Both the position numbers and the translations under genes were made by a program. A stretch of DNA of 64,000 nt, taken from positions 53,306-117,305 of IMG/VR virus record IMGVR_UViG_3300047299_000067; one strand, given 5' to 3'. Each line of letters begins with the position of its first letter. Position 1 is the stretch's first letter. Under the pieces are notes generated by a model that had not been told where the DNA came from, did not search any database, and was given only the letters and a program-made list of their open reading frames with translations. The stretch is from a virus. Below, in pieces: positions 8,636 to 18,823 of this stretch.

Positions 8636-8924
8636 GTTCGTTGACCGCTTGTCCTTGGCGCATTTCCACTACAGAAAAGTCTGCGCATTTAAACAACTTG
8701 TTTAACTTTTCCATAAGATTAAAGGCGTGCCCTGGATTACTAAAAGAGACTTTTTTGTATTTTGGACCTGGGTAATCTTGTAAGCTATTTAAATGAGTGC
8801 GAAGGTTAAAAGGTTTACCTTGATAAAAAACTGCATAGATGGCATCAGCTTCTAGGATTTCTTCGCTTTTGAATGTTCCTGGATCTACATGAGTTAAAAG
8901 TATAGTTGGTTTTGGTCTTGCCAC
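8607..8924 (-). CDS. hypothetical jumbo-phage protein
   Basis: MARPKPTILL...PGPKYKKVSFSNPGHA; GTG start with AGGAG RBS. Confidence 0.7.
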   Translation of the reverse strand: MARPKPTILLTHVDPGTFKSEEILEADAIYAVFYQGKPFNLRTHLNSLQDYPGPKYKKVSFSNPGHAFNLMEKLNKLFKCADFSVVEMRQGQAVNEHDLNKRTNK

Positions 8925-8971
8925 GTTTGCTTCTCCTACTTGTATTTATCCAAGAAGCATGCTATGACAAT

Positions 8972-9439
8972 TTAATCGTCTTCGTAGTCGACTACTTTCT
9001 GTTGTCCCAAAACTACTCTCAGGTCCATTTTAGTCTTATACGGGCCTACATAAGTATTGGTTTTTACAGTAGATAACCGGGGGCACAAGCTGCAAACCCA
9101 ACCATTTTTAAACTTTAAACCATACCAGCCTGCTACGTGAGTACTTTTACTTGCGGCTTTTTTAGTAAATGTCGGGAACCCGTCTTGTTCCATAACGTTA
9201 TAAACTTCCTCTTGATCTGTAGGATATCCCATAACTTCTAAATGGCCGCCATGCATAAAATCTCTACGAATAAACTCAATACCTAAAGTCTTTAACTCTT
9301 TATCGTCGTGTGCTACATAGTCTTTGCGGTTTAAATTAATAACATAATTATCATCCTTAAAGTTCATCATACCTACACGCTTGGCATTTTCTTCTAAAAT
9401 CCAAAACTTATCTTTAATAACACTTTTTGCTAAAATCAT
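8972..9439 (-). CDS. hypothetical phage protein
   Basis: Start at MILAKSVIKDKFWIL; CPRL...YVGPYKT. Confidence 0.7.
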   Translation of the reverse strand: MILAKSVIKDKFWILEENAKRVGMMNFKDDNYVINLNRKDYVAHDDKELKTLGIEFIRRDFMHGGHLEVMGYPTDQEEVYNVMEQDGFPTFTKKAASKSTHVAGWYGLKFKNGWVCSLCPRLSTVKTNTYVGPYKTKMDLRVVLGQQKVVDYEDD

Positions 9440-10425
9440 TTGTACGATGCTCCTAAGTAATCGCCGTGTTCGGTCATTTGATCGGCGATCTTGACCAAGT
9501 TCCACTTGCTACAGAACTTAACGAAATGCAATCCTACTTGCGGTACTCGGGATTTATTTCTCGCAGTATCAATAACTTCGTCTAATGCTAATTTAATATC
9601 ATCCGGTTGTTCTGTCAAGTCGATTAATTTCTTGTTATGCAAATATCTATCACGCACACGATGTTCGACGCCATTATGGTCTACCCAACGTTGCAACATG
9701 AGATTGTTCCAAGAATAGCCCTTATTATCTTTATCGGCAAATGCTTCGCGTAAGCCGACTTTATTCTTTGTACCTTTTTCACGCACACCTGGATATGCAC
9801 TAAAGATGTTATCGGACGTATCGCCTCGCATGCATTTCTCAAATAGCAACCAATTTGGATCGGGTGCAGGGTGAGGTTCTTTAGTTTTCTTATCTACAGT
9901 ACGTTTACCTTTTTCATCGAAGATACCGTCGATAGTAATAAGATGTTTAGTGATGCCGTTAAACTGTCTCACGTTAGGTGCAAGTAATTGGTAAAAGTCT
10001 CCGTCGCTACTTACAATAACATGTTGGTCAGTTGGATGTGTTTGAATCCAACGTGCAATGAAATCGTCGGCTTCGCAACGTTCGTGTCGCAATACTGTGC
10101 AATTTGATTTAGCATCGAGAAAGGATTTAAGCTCATCAAACGCAGCCCAAAACATTTTATCTTCTTCTGCTTCTTGTGGATTTAATGCAGCACGAGCCGC
10201 AGCTCGATTTGCCTTATAAGTTGTATCAAAATCCTTACGCCAGCTACGACCTTCGAGTGCGAAGATAACATGCGAACCTTTAAAGTCTTTCCATACTTTA
10301 TTGATACTGTTAAACATAATGTGATATGACATACCAACTTTTGTTTCAGCATCCTCACCTCGAACTACATGCCTCGCTCTAAAAAACATATTAGACGCGT
10401 CGACCAAAATATATGTATTACTCAT
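9436..10425 (-). CDS. rnh: 5'-3' exonuclease / T4 RNase H (flap endonuclease family)
   Basis: ILVD..N.FFR, YKANR, EADD, SSDGDFYQL, GDTSDNI. Confidence 0.9.
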   Translation of the reverse strand: MSNTYILVDASNMFFRARHVVRGEDAETKVGMSYHIMFNSINKVWKDFKGSHVIFALEGRSWRKDFDTTYKANRAAARAALNPQEAEEDKMFWAAFDELKSFLDAKSNCTVLRHERCEADDFIARWIQTHPTDQHVIVSSDGDFYQLLAPNVRQFNGITKHLITIDGIFDEKGKRTVDKKTKEPHPAPDPNWLLFEKCMRGDTSDNIFSAYPGVREKGTKNKVGLREAFADKDNKGYSWNNLMLQRWVDHNGVEHRVRDRYLHNKKLIDLTEQPDDIKLALDEVIDTARNKSRVPQVGLHFVKFCSKWNLVKIADQMTEHGDYLGASYK

Positions 10426-10627
10426 TGTAATATGACTCTATTAATTTACTATCAATTTGTTCGCGAAATGCAATATTAAATTCTTGCATCAACTGCATAA
10501 ATTCTGCATACTCGCGAACCCCCAAGAGCATTTCGCTCCATACATCTTCTTGGCTTTTTTTCATAGAAACAAGTATATGCTCGTTGCCTACGAAATTTAC
10601 CTTAAAGTTCCAGTTAAGTTTAGACAT
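10418..10627 (-). CDS. hypothetical protein
   Basis: 69-aa ORF. Confidence 0.55.
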   Translation of the reverse strand: MSKLNWNFKVNFVGNEHILVSMKKSQEDVWSEMLLGVREYAEFMQLMQEFNIAFREQIDSKLIESYYNE

Positions 10628-10641
10628 ACGTTATTATATGC

Positions 10642-10974
10642 TCAACTTTGATTCTTGTCAATAGATTTTTTGGTACGTTTTTTTGGTAAAATATCTGCAT
10701 CTGCAACGAATTTGTTTTCTTCGTCCATTTGAGCGCCGATATTCTTACAAAGAGCAGTGAACCATTGGTCGACTAATTCTTCGTCTGTTTTGCCTTGGTA
10801 TCCATTTGTTTTTAAGAATTGGATAAATGCAGCATTCCATTCCAATTCCATAAAACCTTGTGTAGGGCTACCTTCGTCAAAGTTTGTGCTAACAACATTA
10901 ACCCAGGGCTCGTTGCTTTCTTTTGGATTCGCAGGCTGTTTGCCTTTGAATAGGTTTTTAATTAAATCAAACAT
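10642..10974 (-). CDS. hypothetical jumbo-phage protein
   Basis: EPWVNV...GFMELEWN...VDQWF..LC. Confidence 0.65.
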   Translation of the reverse strand: MFDLIKNLFKGKQPANPKESNEPWVNVVSTNFDEGSPTQGFMELEWNAAFIQFLKTNGYQGKTDEELVDQWFTALCKNIGAQMDEENKFVADADILPKKRTKKSIDKNQS

Positions 10975-10997
10975 TTCAAATATTCCATCCAGATACA

Positions 10998-12095
10998 TTA
11001 AAATAAATCCAACTTTTCCCATGGTAAGTAATCCTTACCAAAGTGTCCGTAGTTAGTAGTCGAACTGTAAATCGGTTTAAACAAATCAAATCGTTCAATG
11101 ATACCTTTGGGTGTTAAGTCAACTGTGTCTTGTATGCGGCTAGCAATTTTACGACTTAACTTATCGTCGTAAGTTTCTACATAAAAGCTCATTGGATCTT
11201 TCATTCCAATAGCATAGCTAATTTGGCAAGTAGCCCAGGCCAGGCCATACGAAGCTACGATATTCTTAGCAATGTATCGCATCATGTAAGCGGCACTACG
11301 ATCAACCTTTGTGGGATCTTTACCACTAAAAGCACCGCCGCCATGAGGACTATAACCGCCGTAAGTGTCTACAATAATCTTGCGACCGGTAAGCCCAGTA
11401 TCACCATCAGGACCACCAATAACAAAACGTCCTGTAGGGTTGATAATGAATTGGGTATTGTGATCGATGTATTCTTTTGGTAAAACACCTTTAATAATTT
11501 CTGCTACACCAAGTCTTACATTATTAATTTCAATGTCTTGTGAATGTTGAGTAGAACAAACAATTTTTGCAATACGAGCAGGTTTACCGTTGTCGTCATA
11601 TTCAAATGTTATTTGACTTTTTGCATCTGGTCCCAACCAAGGCATAGTACCCGACTTTCGCATTCTTGTTAGTTCTTCTACAATACGATGACTATAGTAG
11701 ATAGCACTAGGCATGTAATTATCGGTTTCGTTGCAAGCATATCCAAACATTAAGCCTTGATCGCCTGCACCAAAGTTATCAGTACCCAGTGCAATATCGG
11801 CACTTTGCCCATGTAGCAAGTTAGTGATTTCTACAGTGCGCCAATCGAACCCGGCCTGTTCATATCCAATATCTTTAATAACTTTACGAACTGCGCTTTC
11901 TACTTCTTCGTTATGTAAGATACCTTTATATTCTCCTGCTAGCACTACACGATTAGTTGTCACCAATGTTTCGCACGCACAACGTAGTGCAGGATCTTCT
12001 TTAGCCATAACTAAATCTAACACTGCATCGCTAATAGCATCGGCTACTTTATCTGGGTGCCCTTCGGACACGCTTTCACTCGTAAATAAGTACAT
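10998..12095 (-). CDS. metK: S-adenosylmethionine synthetase
   Basis: LFTSESVSEGHPDK, GAGDQG, GGGAFSGKDPTKVDRS. Confidence 0.97.
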   Translation of the reverse strand: MYLFTSESVSEGHPDKVADAISDAVLDLVMAKEDPALRCACETLVTTNRVVLAGEYKGILHNEEVESAVRKVIKDIGYEQAGFDWRTVEITNLLHGQSADIALGTDNFGAGDQGLMFGYACNETDNYMPSAIYYSHRIVEELTRMRKSGTMPWLGPDAKSQITFEYDDNGKPARIAKIVCSTQHSQDIEINNVRLGVAEIIKGVLPKEYIDHNTQFIINPTGRFVIGGPDGDTGLTGRKIIVDTYGGYSPHGGGAFSGKDPTKVDRSAAYMMRYIAKNIVASYGLAWATCQISYAIGMKDPMSFYVETYDDKLSRKIASRIQDTVDLTPKGIIERFDLFKPIYSSTTNYGHFGKDYLPWEKLDLF

Positions 12096-12096
12096 T

Positions 12097-12474
12097 TTAT
12101 TCCTTTTTAAAATTTTTCTTTTCTTCTAGTTCTTCGACAGTTTTTTTAATTGTCTCTGCAAAATTTAATGCACTTTGCTTGTTGAGCAGCATATGATGCT
12201 CTTGTTTGTGAACCCCTTTAAATAAGATTTCAAATGCAGCTTTTATGCGATTGTATATTCCTTTGACACCGTCTTCCCATAACGGAGTCCAAGTACGAAC
12301 ATAAAAACTAACATCAATCTCTTGGAAATAAGGATCAGTTTCATTCAATTCGATCCACATATAAACTGCATGGTCCTCGCCGGAACAATCGCATTCGACT
12401 TTAAAGTTTTTACTATTGCCATAGTCTCCCTGTAGCAATATGCCTTGTGCAGGAGTTTGTGCTTTCATTACCAT
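12097..12474 (-). CDS. hypothetical protein
   Basis: CDC..EDH motif. Confidence 0.6.
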   Translation of the reverse strand: MVMKAQTPAQGILLQGDYGNSKNFKVECDCSGEDHAVYMWIELNETDPYFQEIDVSFYVRTWTPLWEDGVKGIYNRIKAAFEILFKGVHKQEHHMLLNKQSALNFAETIKKTVEELEEKKNFKKE

Positions 12475-12641
12475 GATTCAACATCCGTTATATCTATTTT
12501 TACTTTTGTTGCTGGATCAAATTCTAAATATGTATTTGGTCCGATACCAGAGAGACTCTCTTCTGATAGTACTACTCTGTCTATTTCGTATTCCTCAAAT
12601 ACTCGCTTGATGTGTTCAAATTGTTCTCTATTGATTATCAT
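12468..12641 (-). CDS. hypothetical protein
   Basis: SGIGP...DITDVESW. Confidence 0.6.
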   Translation of the reverse strand: MIINREQFEHIKRVFEEYEIDRVVLSEESLSGIGPNTYLEFDPATKVKIDITDVESW

Positions 12642-12646
12642 GCTTC

Positions 12647-12850
12647 TCACGGAGTTCTGCCCCACTTGATCTTGAGCCATATGCGTTCATGGATATAATA
12701 GTCAACGCTTAGTAGAATATGCAACACTGTAGCAAATCCGGTTGCTTCTCCTAAATCTCCCGTGAACAAATATGTCCACAGAATAGTAAATAGCCACGCA
12801 GTTATACGATAGCTAATCATTCTTGTTATAGTTCTTTTATGTGTTTCCAT
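12647..12850 (-). CDS. DUF2061-like small membrane protein
   Basis: METHKRT...SYRI...YYIHERIW.KIKWG. Confidence 0.75.
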   Translation of the reverse strand: METHKRTITRMISYRITAWLFTILWTYLFTGDLGEATGFATVLHILLSVDYYIHERIWLKIKWGRTP

Positions 12851-13710
12851 TATTTCCCCCAACCGTTAGACCAAATGTCTACGTGAAGCCGCGGACTATA
12901 TCGATAGCCACGTGCTAATGCTTCGTCTGCAATATGTTTACTATTTGCAAAATAAGCCGTGTCTGTCCCACCCACTGGCATAACATAAACAGGTCCAGTA
13001 AAGCCAGCAGCTCTATAAGAAACTACGGCACGATCGACTTCGTTAAAATCTTCTGTTTTATCTACTACAAACTTTAAGTATGTAAAGCCCACTTGCTGGT
13101 ACTCTCTTACAACGTCCGGACAAATAGCATCAGTCCATGCTTCGCCGGATGCACTTAGTTTAGGGCTTACACTAAACGTAAGATTGTTATGCAAAATATG
13201 ATAACGATCTTTTAAAAAATATTTAAATTCACTGTGCAAATGTTGAGTGCCGTTAGTTTCAAATGTTAAGTTGCGTAAATCGCCCATACGATCATTGCTT
13301 AACAGTTCTGGATAAAGTTGTTGCCAACCCAATAAAGGTTCTCCGCCAGTAATAACCAAATGAACGTCATTGCCATTTTCTTGCACCCAATGATTATTAG
13401 GTGTAAGTTTTAACATAGCTTCGACTGCTTCATCGACATTATAGTTTGGACTTAAGTGTTTAAATGCAGGATGCCAGCTTGCATAGCTGTCGCATCCGCT
13501 AGTAGCCAAAGGTAAATCGTTAAATGTTTTGTACAAATGAACTTGTTTACCTATACTATCTGGCTCTGTAGTTTTTTCTCCTGCTGCTAGTCCAAAACCT
13601 GGACATTTAAAATTACAGCCGAATGTTCTTAAAAAGACACTAGGCACTCCGACGAATCTTCCTTCGCCTTGTGCCGAATAAAATATCTCACTTACTTTTA
13701 ATGTTTGCAA
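12850..13710 (-). CDS. queE: 7-carboxy-7-deazaguanine synthase (radical SAM)
   Basis: EIFYSAQGEG, FLRTFGCNFKC...(insert)...CDS, ITGGEP, FETNG, SPKL, PRLH. Confidence 0.9.
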   Translation of the reverse strand: MQTLKVSEIFYSAQGEGRFVGVPSVFLRTFGCNFKCPGFGLAAGEKTTEPDSIGKQVHLYKTFNDLPLATSGCDSYASWHPAFKHLSPNYNVDEAVEAMLKLTPNNHWVQENGNDVHLVITGGEPLLGWQQLYPELLSNDRMGDLRNLTFETNGTQHLHSEFKYFLKDRYHILHNNLTFSVSPKLSASGEAWTDAICPDVVREYQQVGFTYLKFVVDKTEDFNEVDRAVVSYRAAGFTGPVYVMPVGGTDTAYFANSKHIADEALARGYRYSPRLHVDIWSNGWGK

Positions 13711-13927
13711 ATCTAACTCCGCCTTTTACTTGATCGCCATATCTTAACTTTAAGTAGCAAACTAGATCATCTTCTAAATTGCCTTCTATAGCGTATGCGT
13801 CTAACTCTTCTGGTTCTTTAAAACTGTCATATAAGCTACGTATTGTACACTCGGGATAGTTGTCTGTCAACCAGTACTCTAGTTGCTTACTTTCCCAGAA
13901 GTTCAAATTAACAATCAGTTGGCTCAT
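13688..13927 (-). CDS. hypothetical protein
   Basis: 79-aa ORF. Confidence 0.5.
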   Translation of the reverse strand: MSQLIVNLNFWESKQLEYWLTDNYPECTIRSLYDSFKEPEELDAYAIEGNLEDDLVCYLKLRYGDQVKGGVRFANIKSK

Positions 13928-14075
13928 TATTTGACTTGCGGCAATCGCAAGGCATTCGACCTTGGCGACAATTACCGCCGCATCCTTGTATATTTTTAAA
14001 CAGTGTTTGGTTTAAAACCCAGCTAACCAATAGCATAGATATTATAAATCCTATTACGGCTAAAAATGTTGGCAT
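13908..14075 (-). CDS. small membrane protein with Cys-rich tail (not in ORF track)
   Basis: MPTFLAVIGFIISMLLVSWVL...CGGNCRQGRMPCDC. Confidence 0.5.
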   Translation of the reverse strand: MPTFLAVIGFIISMLLVSWVLNQTLFKNIQGCGGNCRQGRMPCDCRKSNNEPTDC

Positions 14076-14407
14076 TAAGTGATTGCCTTTTTCTTACGTG
14101 TTGCTACTTTTGCTTTTACTGCCGGTTTCATTTGGTTTAGCTCTGCTCCAGCAATTGCTTCTCGAACTTCCTTTAACAATTGCTCGTCATCCCAAATAAG
14201 TTCGGTCTTACCATCTTCGAATGTTTTAACTGTAAGGTGTGTGCCTTGACTAATCTTAGGCCAGCCGCCGCTAGGTACATTCTTTGATTTAGTTTTCTTT
14301 TCTTTTGGTAATACAATCTTAGCACTGCCCATAGTTCCGGGCATGTCCATTTTTACTTTGGACTTTTTTGGTTTTGATTCTGTTGTTTTTGCTTTTTTCG
14401 TTGCCAT
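14075..14407 (-). CDS. basic hypothetical protein
   Basis: Lys-rich; GTHLTVKTFEDGKTELIWDD. Confidence 0.6.
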   Translation of the reverse strand: MATKKAKTTESKPKKSKVKMDMPGTMGSAKIVLPKEKKTKSKNVPSGGWPKISQGTHLTVKTFEDGKTELIWDDEQLLKEVREAIAGAELNQMKPAVKAKVATRKKKAIT

Positions 14408-14409
14408 TT

Positions 14410-14712
14410 TTATTTCCTTAATTCTTTCATTAACCATTCCTGTGTAGCGTCCTTTACATAAGGGAACCGCTTGCTTAGTTCGGGATCTAAACTAATGTCT
14501 AACATGACTCGTTTTAATAGCGTAGTTATTTCTACTAACTCATTTATTTCTACAGAGTTATTAGAAGAGCCAGTCATCATTCCGTCTGTACTAATAGTCA
14601 TTATAGGCAGTTGATTATTATCCCTAATCTCAAAAGCCTTTTCTGCAATTATACTTTTGGGAGAAAGGGTATTCAAACTCGATCCTGGGTGGCAATGTGG
14701 ACATGTTGTCAT
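14410..14712 (-). CDS. hypothetical protein
   Basis: 100-aa ORF. Confidence 0.5.
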   Translation of the reverse strand: MTTCPHCHPGSSLNTLSPKSIIAEKAFEIRDNNQLPIMTISTDGMMTGSSNNSVEINELVEITTLLKRVMLDISLDPELSKRFPYVKDATQEWLMKELRK

Positions 14713-14903
14713 TACAAATAACTATTAGTTTCTTCTATTCGCCAAATTGCAATACCTTGATCAATTTCCTTACTCGCATTTTTTTCAATATAAGAAATTC
14801 TAACGTCGACTTGCAAGTCTTGAAGTTCTTTCATCATAACGTTAACTCTATTGATAGTTTCTTTAAGGTACGCAACTTTAGTTTCTATTTGAGGATCTTT
14901 CAT
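14712..14903 (-). CDS. hypothetical protein
   Basis: 63-aa ORF. Confidence 0.5.
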   Translation of the reverse strand: MKDPQIETKVAYLKETINRVNVMMKELQDLQVDVRISYIEKNASKEIDQGIAIWRIEETNSYL

Positions 14904-15619
14904 CGCGGTGCAAACTCCTGTTGCATTTTAATATTGTCGAAGAATTCTTTCTTTGTTCCCATATCGTCTTTAAACGCACCTTTAAGTACCGTAGTTTGTG
15001 TTAATGACGAATGTGCCATAATTCCCCTATTTTCGCAACATCCGTGTACGGCTTGAATATAAACGCCTAAGTCTTTTGCTCCGGTGGCTTTTTGGATTTC
15101 CTTAGCAATGTCATTAGCAAGTTCCTCCTGGAGAGTACCTCGTCTTGCACACCACTGGGCGATACGTGTGTACTTAGAGAGTCCGATGAGTTTCTCGGCA
15201 GCAATAATGCCAATATAAGCAACGCCAGTAACGGGTTGGTGATGATGGCTACACATACTGCGAAGCTCGCTACGAACAACCAACATACCTTCATAGCGGT
15301 CCGCCGAGTCGTTTGGAAATGCTGTTGCGTCTGGTGCTGGGTCATATCTACCTGCCATGATTTCATTATAGTACATCTTGGCAAGTCGTCTTGCTGTACC
15401 TTTGGAGTTTGGATCTGTTTCTCGATCAATTAACAAAGTGTCTAGCACTTGTTCGAACGCGACTGTGGCCTCATTGATTAGTTGATCCTTTTCAACATCG
15501 CTAATGTATTCACTAATGTTGTCGCCAGCCCAAAAACGTTTGTTACCTTGTTTAAGGCGATTGCGGATGACCTGACTTAGTGGTTGTCCGTCTTCTTCTC
15601 TATATTGTAGTTGTGTCAT
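14900..15619 (-). CDS. folE: GTP cyclohydrolase I
   Basis: SMCSHH, IGLSKYTR, LQEEL, HGCCENRG. Confidence 0.95.
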   Translation of the reverse strand: MTQLQYREEDGQPLSQVIRNRLKQGNKRFWAGDNISEYISDVEKDQLINEATVAFEQVLDTLLIDRETDPNSKGTARRLAKMYYNEIMAGRYDPAPDATAFPNDSADRYEGMLVVRSELRSMCSHHHQPVTGVAYIGIIAAEKLIGLSKYTRIAQWCARRGTLQEELANDIAKEIQKATGAKDLGVYIQAVHGCCENRGIMAHSSLTQTTVLKGAFKDDMGTKKEFFDNIKMQQEFAPR

Positions 15620-15682
15620 TTATTTTCCTATGTTAAGGCAGAGGTCATTGCCGTGTATATTAAGTATATACTATTATTTAGG

Positions 15683-16480
15683 TTAAGTCAACCTTAAAAA
15701 AAGATTTTTCTTAACTGCTGCGTCCAAAACGGACAAATCAGTTCCTGATTCTTCTGCACATTTGAGCAAAGCACTGGTGTCTTTTGGAAAGCACATGCCC
15801 CCAAAACCATATTGTCCATCTGGTCCAGGCACTTGCATATGAGTAGCACCGATTCTGTTATCCAATGTAACTGCTTTGCGAATAACTTCCCAGTCGCAAT
15901 CTAATTTGCCGGCAAGTCCTGCAATTTCATTCATAAAAATAACCTTTGCGGCTAGAAAGGAATTGATACTATACTTTGCCAATGCCGCTTCTTGGATAGT
16001 ACAATGCAATACGCTATTCAATCCTTCTTGCGACATTCTAATAATGCGTTCTGCTTCATTCCTGTATGCCAAAATGCTTCCGCCAATGATAGCGAATCTA
16101 CCATTACGATAATCTTGTTCGGCATTGGCTGCTGTTAAAAATTCAGGAGCATGTACTAAGTTAGGATACATATCGTTTAAACGTGCGTAAACATTTGGAG
16201 GAGCAGTTACTTTGCTAATGATAACGCCCTTAAAGTTAACTTGTTTAAGATTAGACAATACACTTTCTAATATGCTTGTATCTGCAGTACCATCCGCACT
16301 TTGCGGGCTCGGTACACATACAAACGCTGCGTCATAGTCGGCAATATCTGTATAAGGAGTGTTATGCCCTTTACTAGGATCTATAATATCAAGCACATTT
16401 CTACTTAGCATGTAATCAAGCGATTTATAAATTGCACTGCCCACAAAGCCCAGCCCTATAATTACTATTTTTGTTTTCAT
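15683..16480 (-). CDS. UDP-glucose/GDP-mannose dehydrogenase family (short form)
   Basis: GLGFVG, CVPSP, PEFL, KYSINSFLAAK, GFGGMCFPKD. Confidence 0.9.
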   Translation of the reverse strand: MKTKIVIIGLGFVGSAIYKSLDYMLSRNVLDIIDPSKGHNTPYTDIADYDAAFVCVPSPQSADGTADTSILESVLSNLKQVNFKGVIISKVTAPPNVYARLNDMYPNLVHAPEFLTAANAEQDYRNGRFAIIGGSILAYRNEAERIIRMSQEGLNSVLHCTIQEAALAKYSINSFLAAKVIFMNEIAGLAGKLDCDWEVIRKAVTLDNRIGATHMQVPGPDGQYGFGGMCFPKDTSALLKCAEESGTDLSVLDAAVKKNLFLRLT

Positions 16481-17565
16481 GGTTTATGTTTATGTTTTCT
16501 ATATTTTATGATAACGTCATCTTGTTTGACTTCTTTGCCTAATAGTCCCCAATACAAACTATTTTGTGGTATAGAGTAAGCAGGGATAACATCTATGTCG
16601 ACTGAATTATAATTGTCCGATCTAGACACTTTACTTTTTGCCCATTGCTTTTGAAAAACAGTGTCTATTCTTTTAGAAACAGAATAATAAAATTCAAAGT
16701 AATTATTGGTCTCTGCAAAATCTATACAATGCCTTAATATATCTTCGTAATATGAATCATTAAATGTAAAGTAATTTGACTTATTAGTAGAATAAAAATT
16801 TAAAATAGCCCAATATCTTCCTCTACTTCCGTCATTGTCGACTAATATTATCGACATAAAGGATTGAATCTTATTATCTTTGACAATACCAAATGCGTGT
16901 CTACCGGTAGTATTTACGGTTAGATAATTAATAAATGATTTTTTTATTTTTTCTCTTGCTATGTCGGTTACACTTGTTCCTGATACTTTTTCGTTAGATA
17001 GTATTATATCCATACATTCTTGCAAATGTTCTTCTGTTAATTTAATAACTCCCGGTCTCTTGTCTTCGATTTTAACCAATTCGCCTTGCGGCTTGATAAT
17101 ATTAAATTTGTTGTATTCACTATCGTATACTCGTTTTCTTAAGCTACTAGAACTAAACGAATGATCCCTGCCGTTAAAAACAATTTCGATACCTCTCAGA
17201 CGACACTCGCTTTTGCCAGTAAACTCTTTATCTGCGTATTCGACTCCTAATATGCGAACATCTACTGGTAGTATTAATAGCAAGTCTACTAACTCTTGTT
17301 CGGTACTATACACTACAACTTCGTCTACATAACTGCAAGAAGCCAGTTGTATTTGTCTTTCTACGATAGATTGTATAGGTTTGTTTTTTGTGTCCGGTCT
17401 GTCGATAGTCGGGTCGGTTTGCAAGCCACATATCAAATAATCGCAATGATTTTTTGCTTCGGCTAGCATAGCCACATGCCCTGCATGAAACAAGTCAAAA
17501 GTCGAAAATGTTATTCCAATTTTCTTGCCTTGTTCTTTTAAAGATCTTACTTTGTTAAAAATCAT
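16477..17565 (-). CDS. glycerol-3-phosphate cytidylyltransferase-like (TagD) domain fused to a ~200-aa C-terminal domain
   Basis: STFDLFHAGH (HIGH), GLQTD, ER, R...SSS. Confidence 0.8.
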   Translation of the reverse strand: MIFNKVRSLKEQGKKIGITFSTFDLFHAGHVAMLAEAKNHCDYLICGLQTDPTIDRPDTKNKPIQSIVERQIQLASCSYVDEVVVYSTEQELVDLLLILPVDVRILGVEYADKEFTGKSECRLRGIEIVFNGRDHSFSSSSLRKRVYDSEYNKFNIIKPQGELVKIEDKRPGVIKLTEEHLQECMDIILSNEKVSGTSVTDIAREKIKKSFINYLTVNTTGRHAFGIVKDNKIQSFMSIILVDNDGSRGRYWAILNFYSTNKSNYFTFNDSYYEDILRHCIDFAETNNYFEFYYSVSKRIDTVFQKQWAKSKVSRSDNYNSVDIDVIPAYSIPQNSLYWGLLGKEVKQDDVIIKYRKHKHKP

Positions 17566-17918
17566 GTTTGGATTACTTCATTGGAACTACTAGATTCGGT
17601 TTCGACTAATGCTCTAATCAACTCCATATGTTTATAAGCCTCATCTAGTGCTGGGTATTTACTACGAAGTTCCTTTTCTTTTGTTTGCTGCTTTTTCTGT
17701 TCTTCTATCCAGTTCCACATCGCCCATAGATCTGGTCCTGCTGTACTTACGTTAAACTCGACGGTATTATCTATACGTTGCCATGCATTACCTGTGCTAA
17801 CTTCGAAGCATCTACTCGAGCCGTTCCATTGCACTGCACCAGTTACACTTGGTTGGTGGTAACTACGGTCTACTTGATACATGTTTGGACTACTGCCCGT
17901 AAATTGCACTTTTATCAT
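17562..17918 (-). CDS. hypothetical protein
   Basis: 118-aa ORF; KYPAL..AY tail. Confidence 0.6.
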   Translation of the reverse strand: MIKVQFTGSSPNMYQVDRSYHQPSVTGAVQWNGSSRCFEVSTGNAWQRIDNTVEFNVSTAGPDLWAMWNWIEEQKKQQTKEKELRSKYPALDEAYKHMELIRALVETESSSSNEVIQT

Positions 17919-18823
17919 GATTTCATTTCCTCTAATAATTTATCAAACGGCCTGATATAATAATTACGATACGGTAATCCATTGTATTTAGATTTTAAAA
18001 ATACTTCAAATTCATAAGCCAGCGCATCTATGTATTCAAATCCTGTCTTTTTCGTTCGAGTAATCATATCTGGGTATGCTTCTCGATATCCTTGTAGCTT
18101 CGTGGAATTTGTTCCTAATTTACCGTAAAGTCGGTCATTAACTAAATTTTTACACCAGTTTGTATTTACAAATGATGCTACTAGCCCCGGAGTCCATTTA
18201 AACCATTCTCCTACGGCAGGTTTATTAATTGCCCTGATAAACTTGCTCCAATTTACATCGTGTTCCCAGCATAAGACTCTCCAATCACCGGGCTCGGTGT
18301 ATTCTTTATTGATTCGTACAATTGACAAATCGCTCGAGCCGAGTAATGGGACACCGTCTGTATCTTTTATAAACTTGCAATACGGTAGTGCTCTGGGCCT
18401 ATCTATTTGAGATAATTCGGACATGTACTCGGCATCATTCAAATAAAAATTTTCTAAATTAAAATCAATTATTCGATAGTCTACGTTAAGTAGTGAACAA
18501 ATTGTCACTGCATAGCTTACATCATATATATTGTAATCCTTTTCATATCTGTAAATAAAAACTTTAGGTTTAATACCTATGCTTAAAAAGGATCGCAGCA
18601 TTACTTCGCTGTCTGCACCGCCACTAAACAATATGCTTATATTGTTTCCGAAATGATCTACCGTACTAGAAGCGGCCGCTTCTAATTCTTCTTTCAACGT
18701 TTTATTACTTTCGATGTAATTGCAGCTAAACGAGGTGATAAACTTATCATGTCCAGTTTGTCTACCAAACCATTGTCCGTCGCCATACTTCCACTTATAC
18801 CAATTATTTTCACTAGTCCACAT
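17915..18823 (-). CDS. PP-loop (adenine nucleotide alpha-hydrolase-like) protein
   Basis: ILFSGGADSE PP-loop; C-terminal RTKKTGFE resembling asparagine synthase. Confidence 0.65.
   Translation of the reverse strand: MWTSENNWYKWKYGDGQWFGRQTGHDKFITSFSCNYIESNKTLKEELEAAASSTVDHFGNNISILFSGGADSEVMLRSFLSIGIKPKVFIYRYEKDYNIYDVSYAVTICSLLNVDYRIIDFNLENFYLNDAEYMSELSQIDRPRALPYCKFIKDTDGVPLLGSSDLSIVRINKEYTEPGDWRVLCWEHDVNWSKFIRAINKPAVGEWFKWTPGLVASFVNTNWCKNLVNDRLYGKLGTNSTKLQGYREAYPDMITRTKKTGFEYIDALAYEFEVFLKSKYNGLPYRNYYIRPFDKLLEEMKS

Noticed and set aside
17915-18823. Calling the PP-loop protein QueC
   Set aside because: It has SGGxDS but lacks the QueC C-terminal CxxC zinc motif and other QueC motifs.
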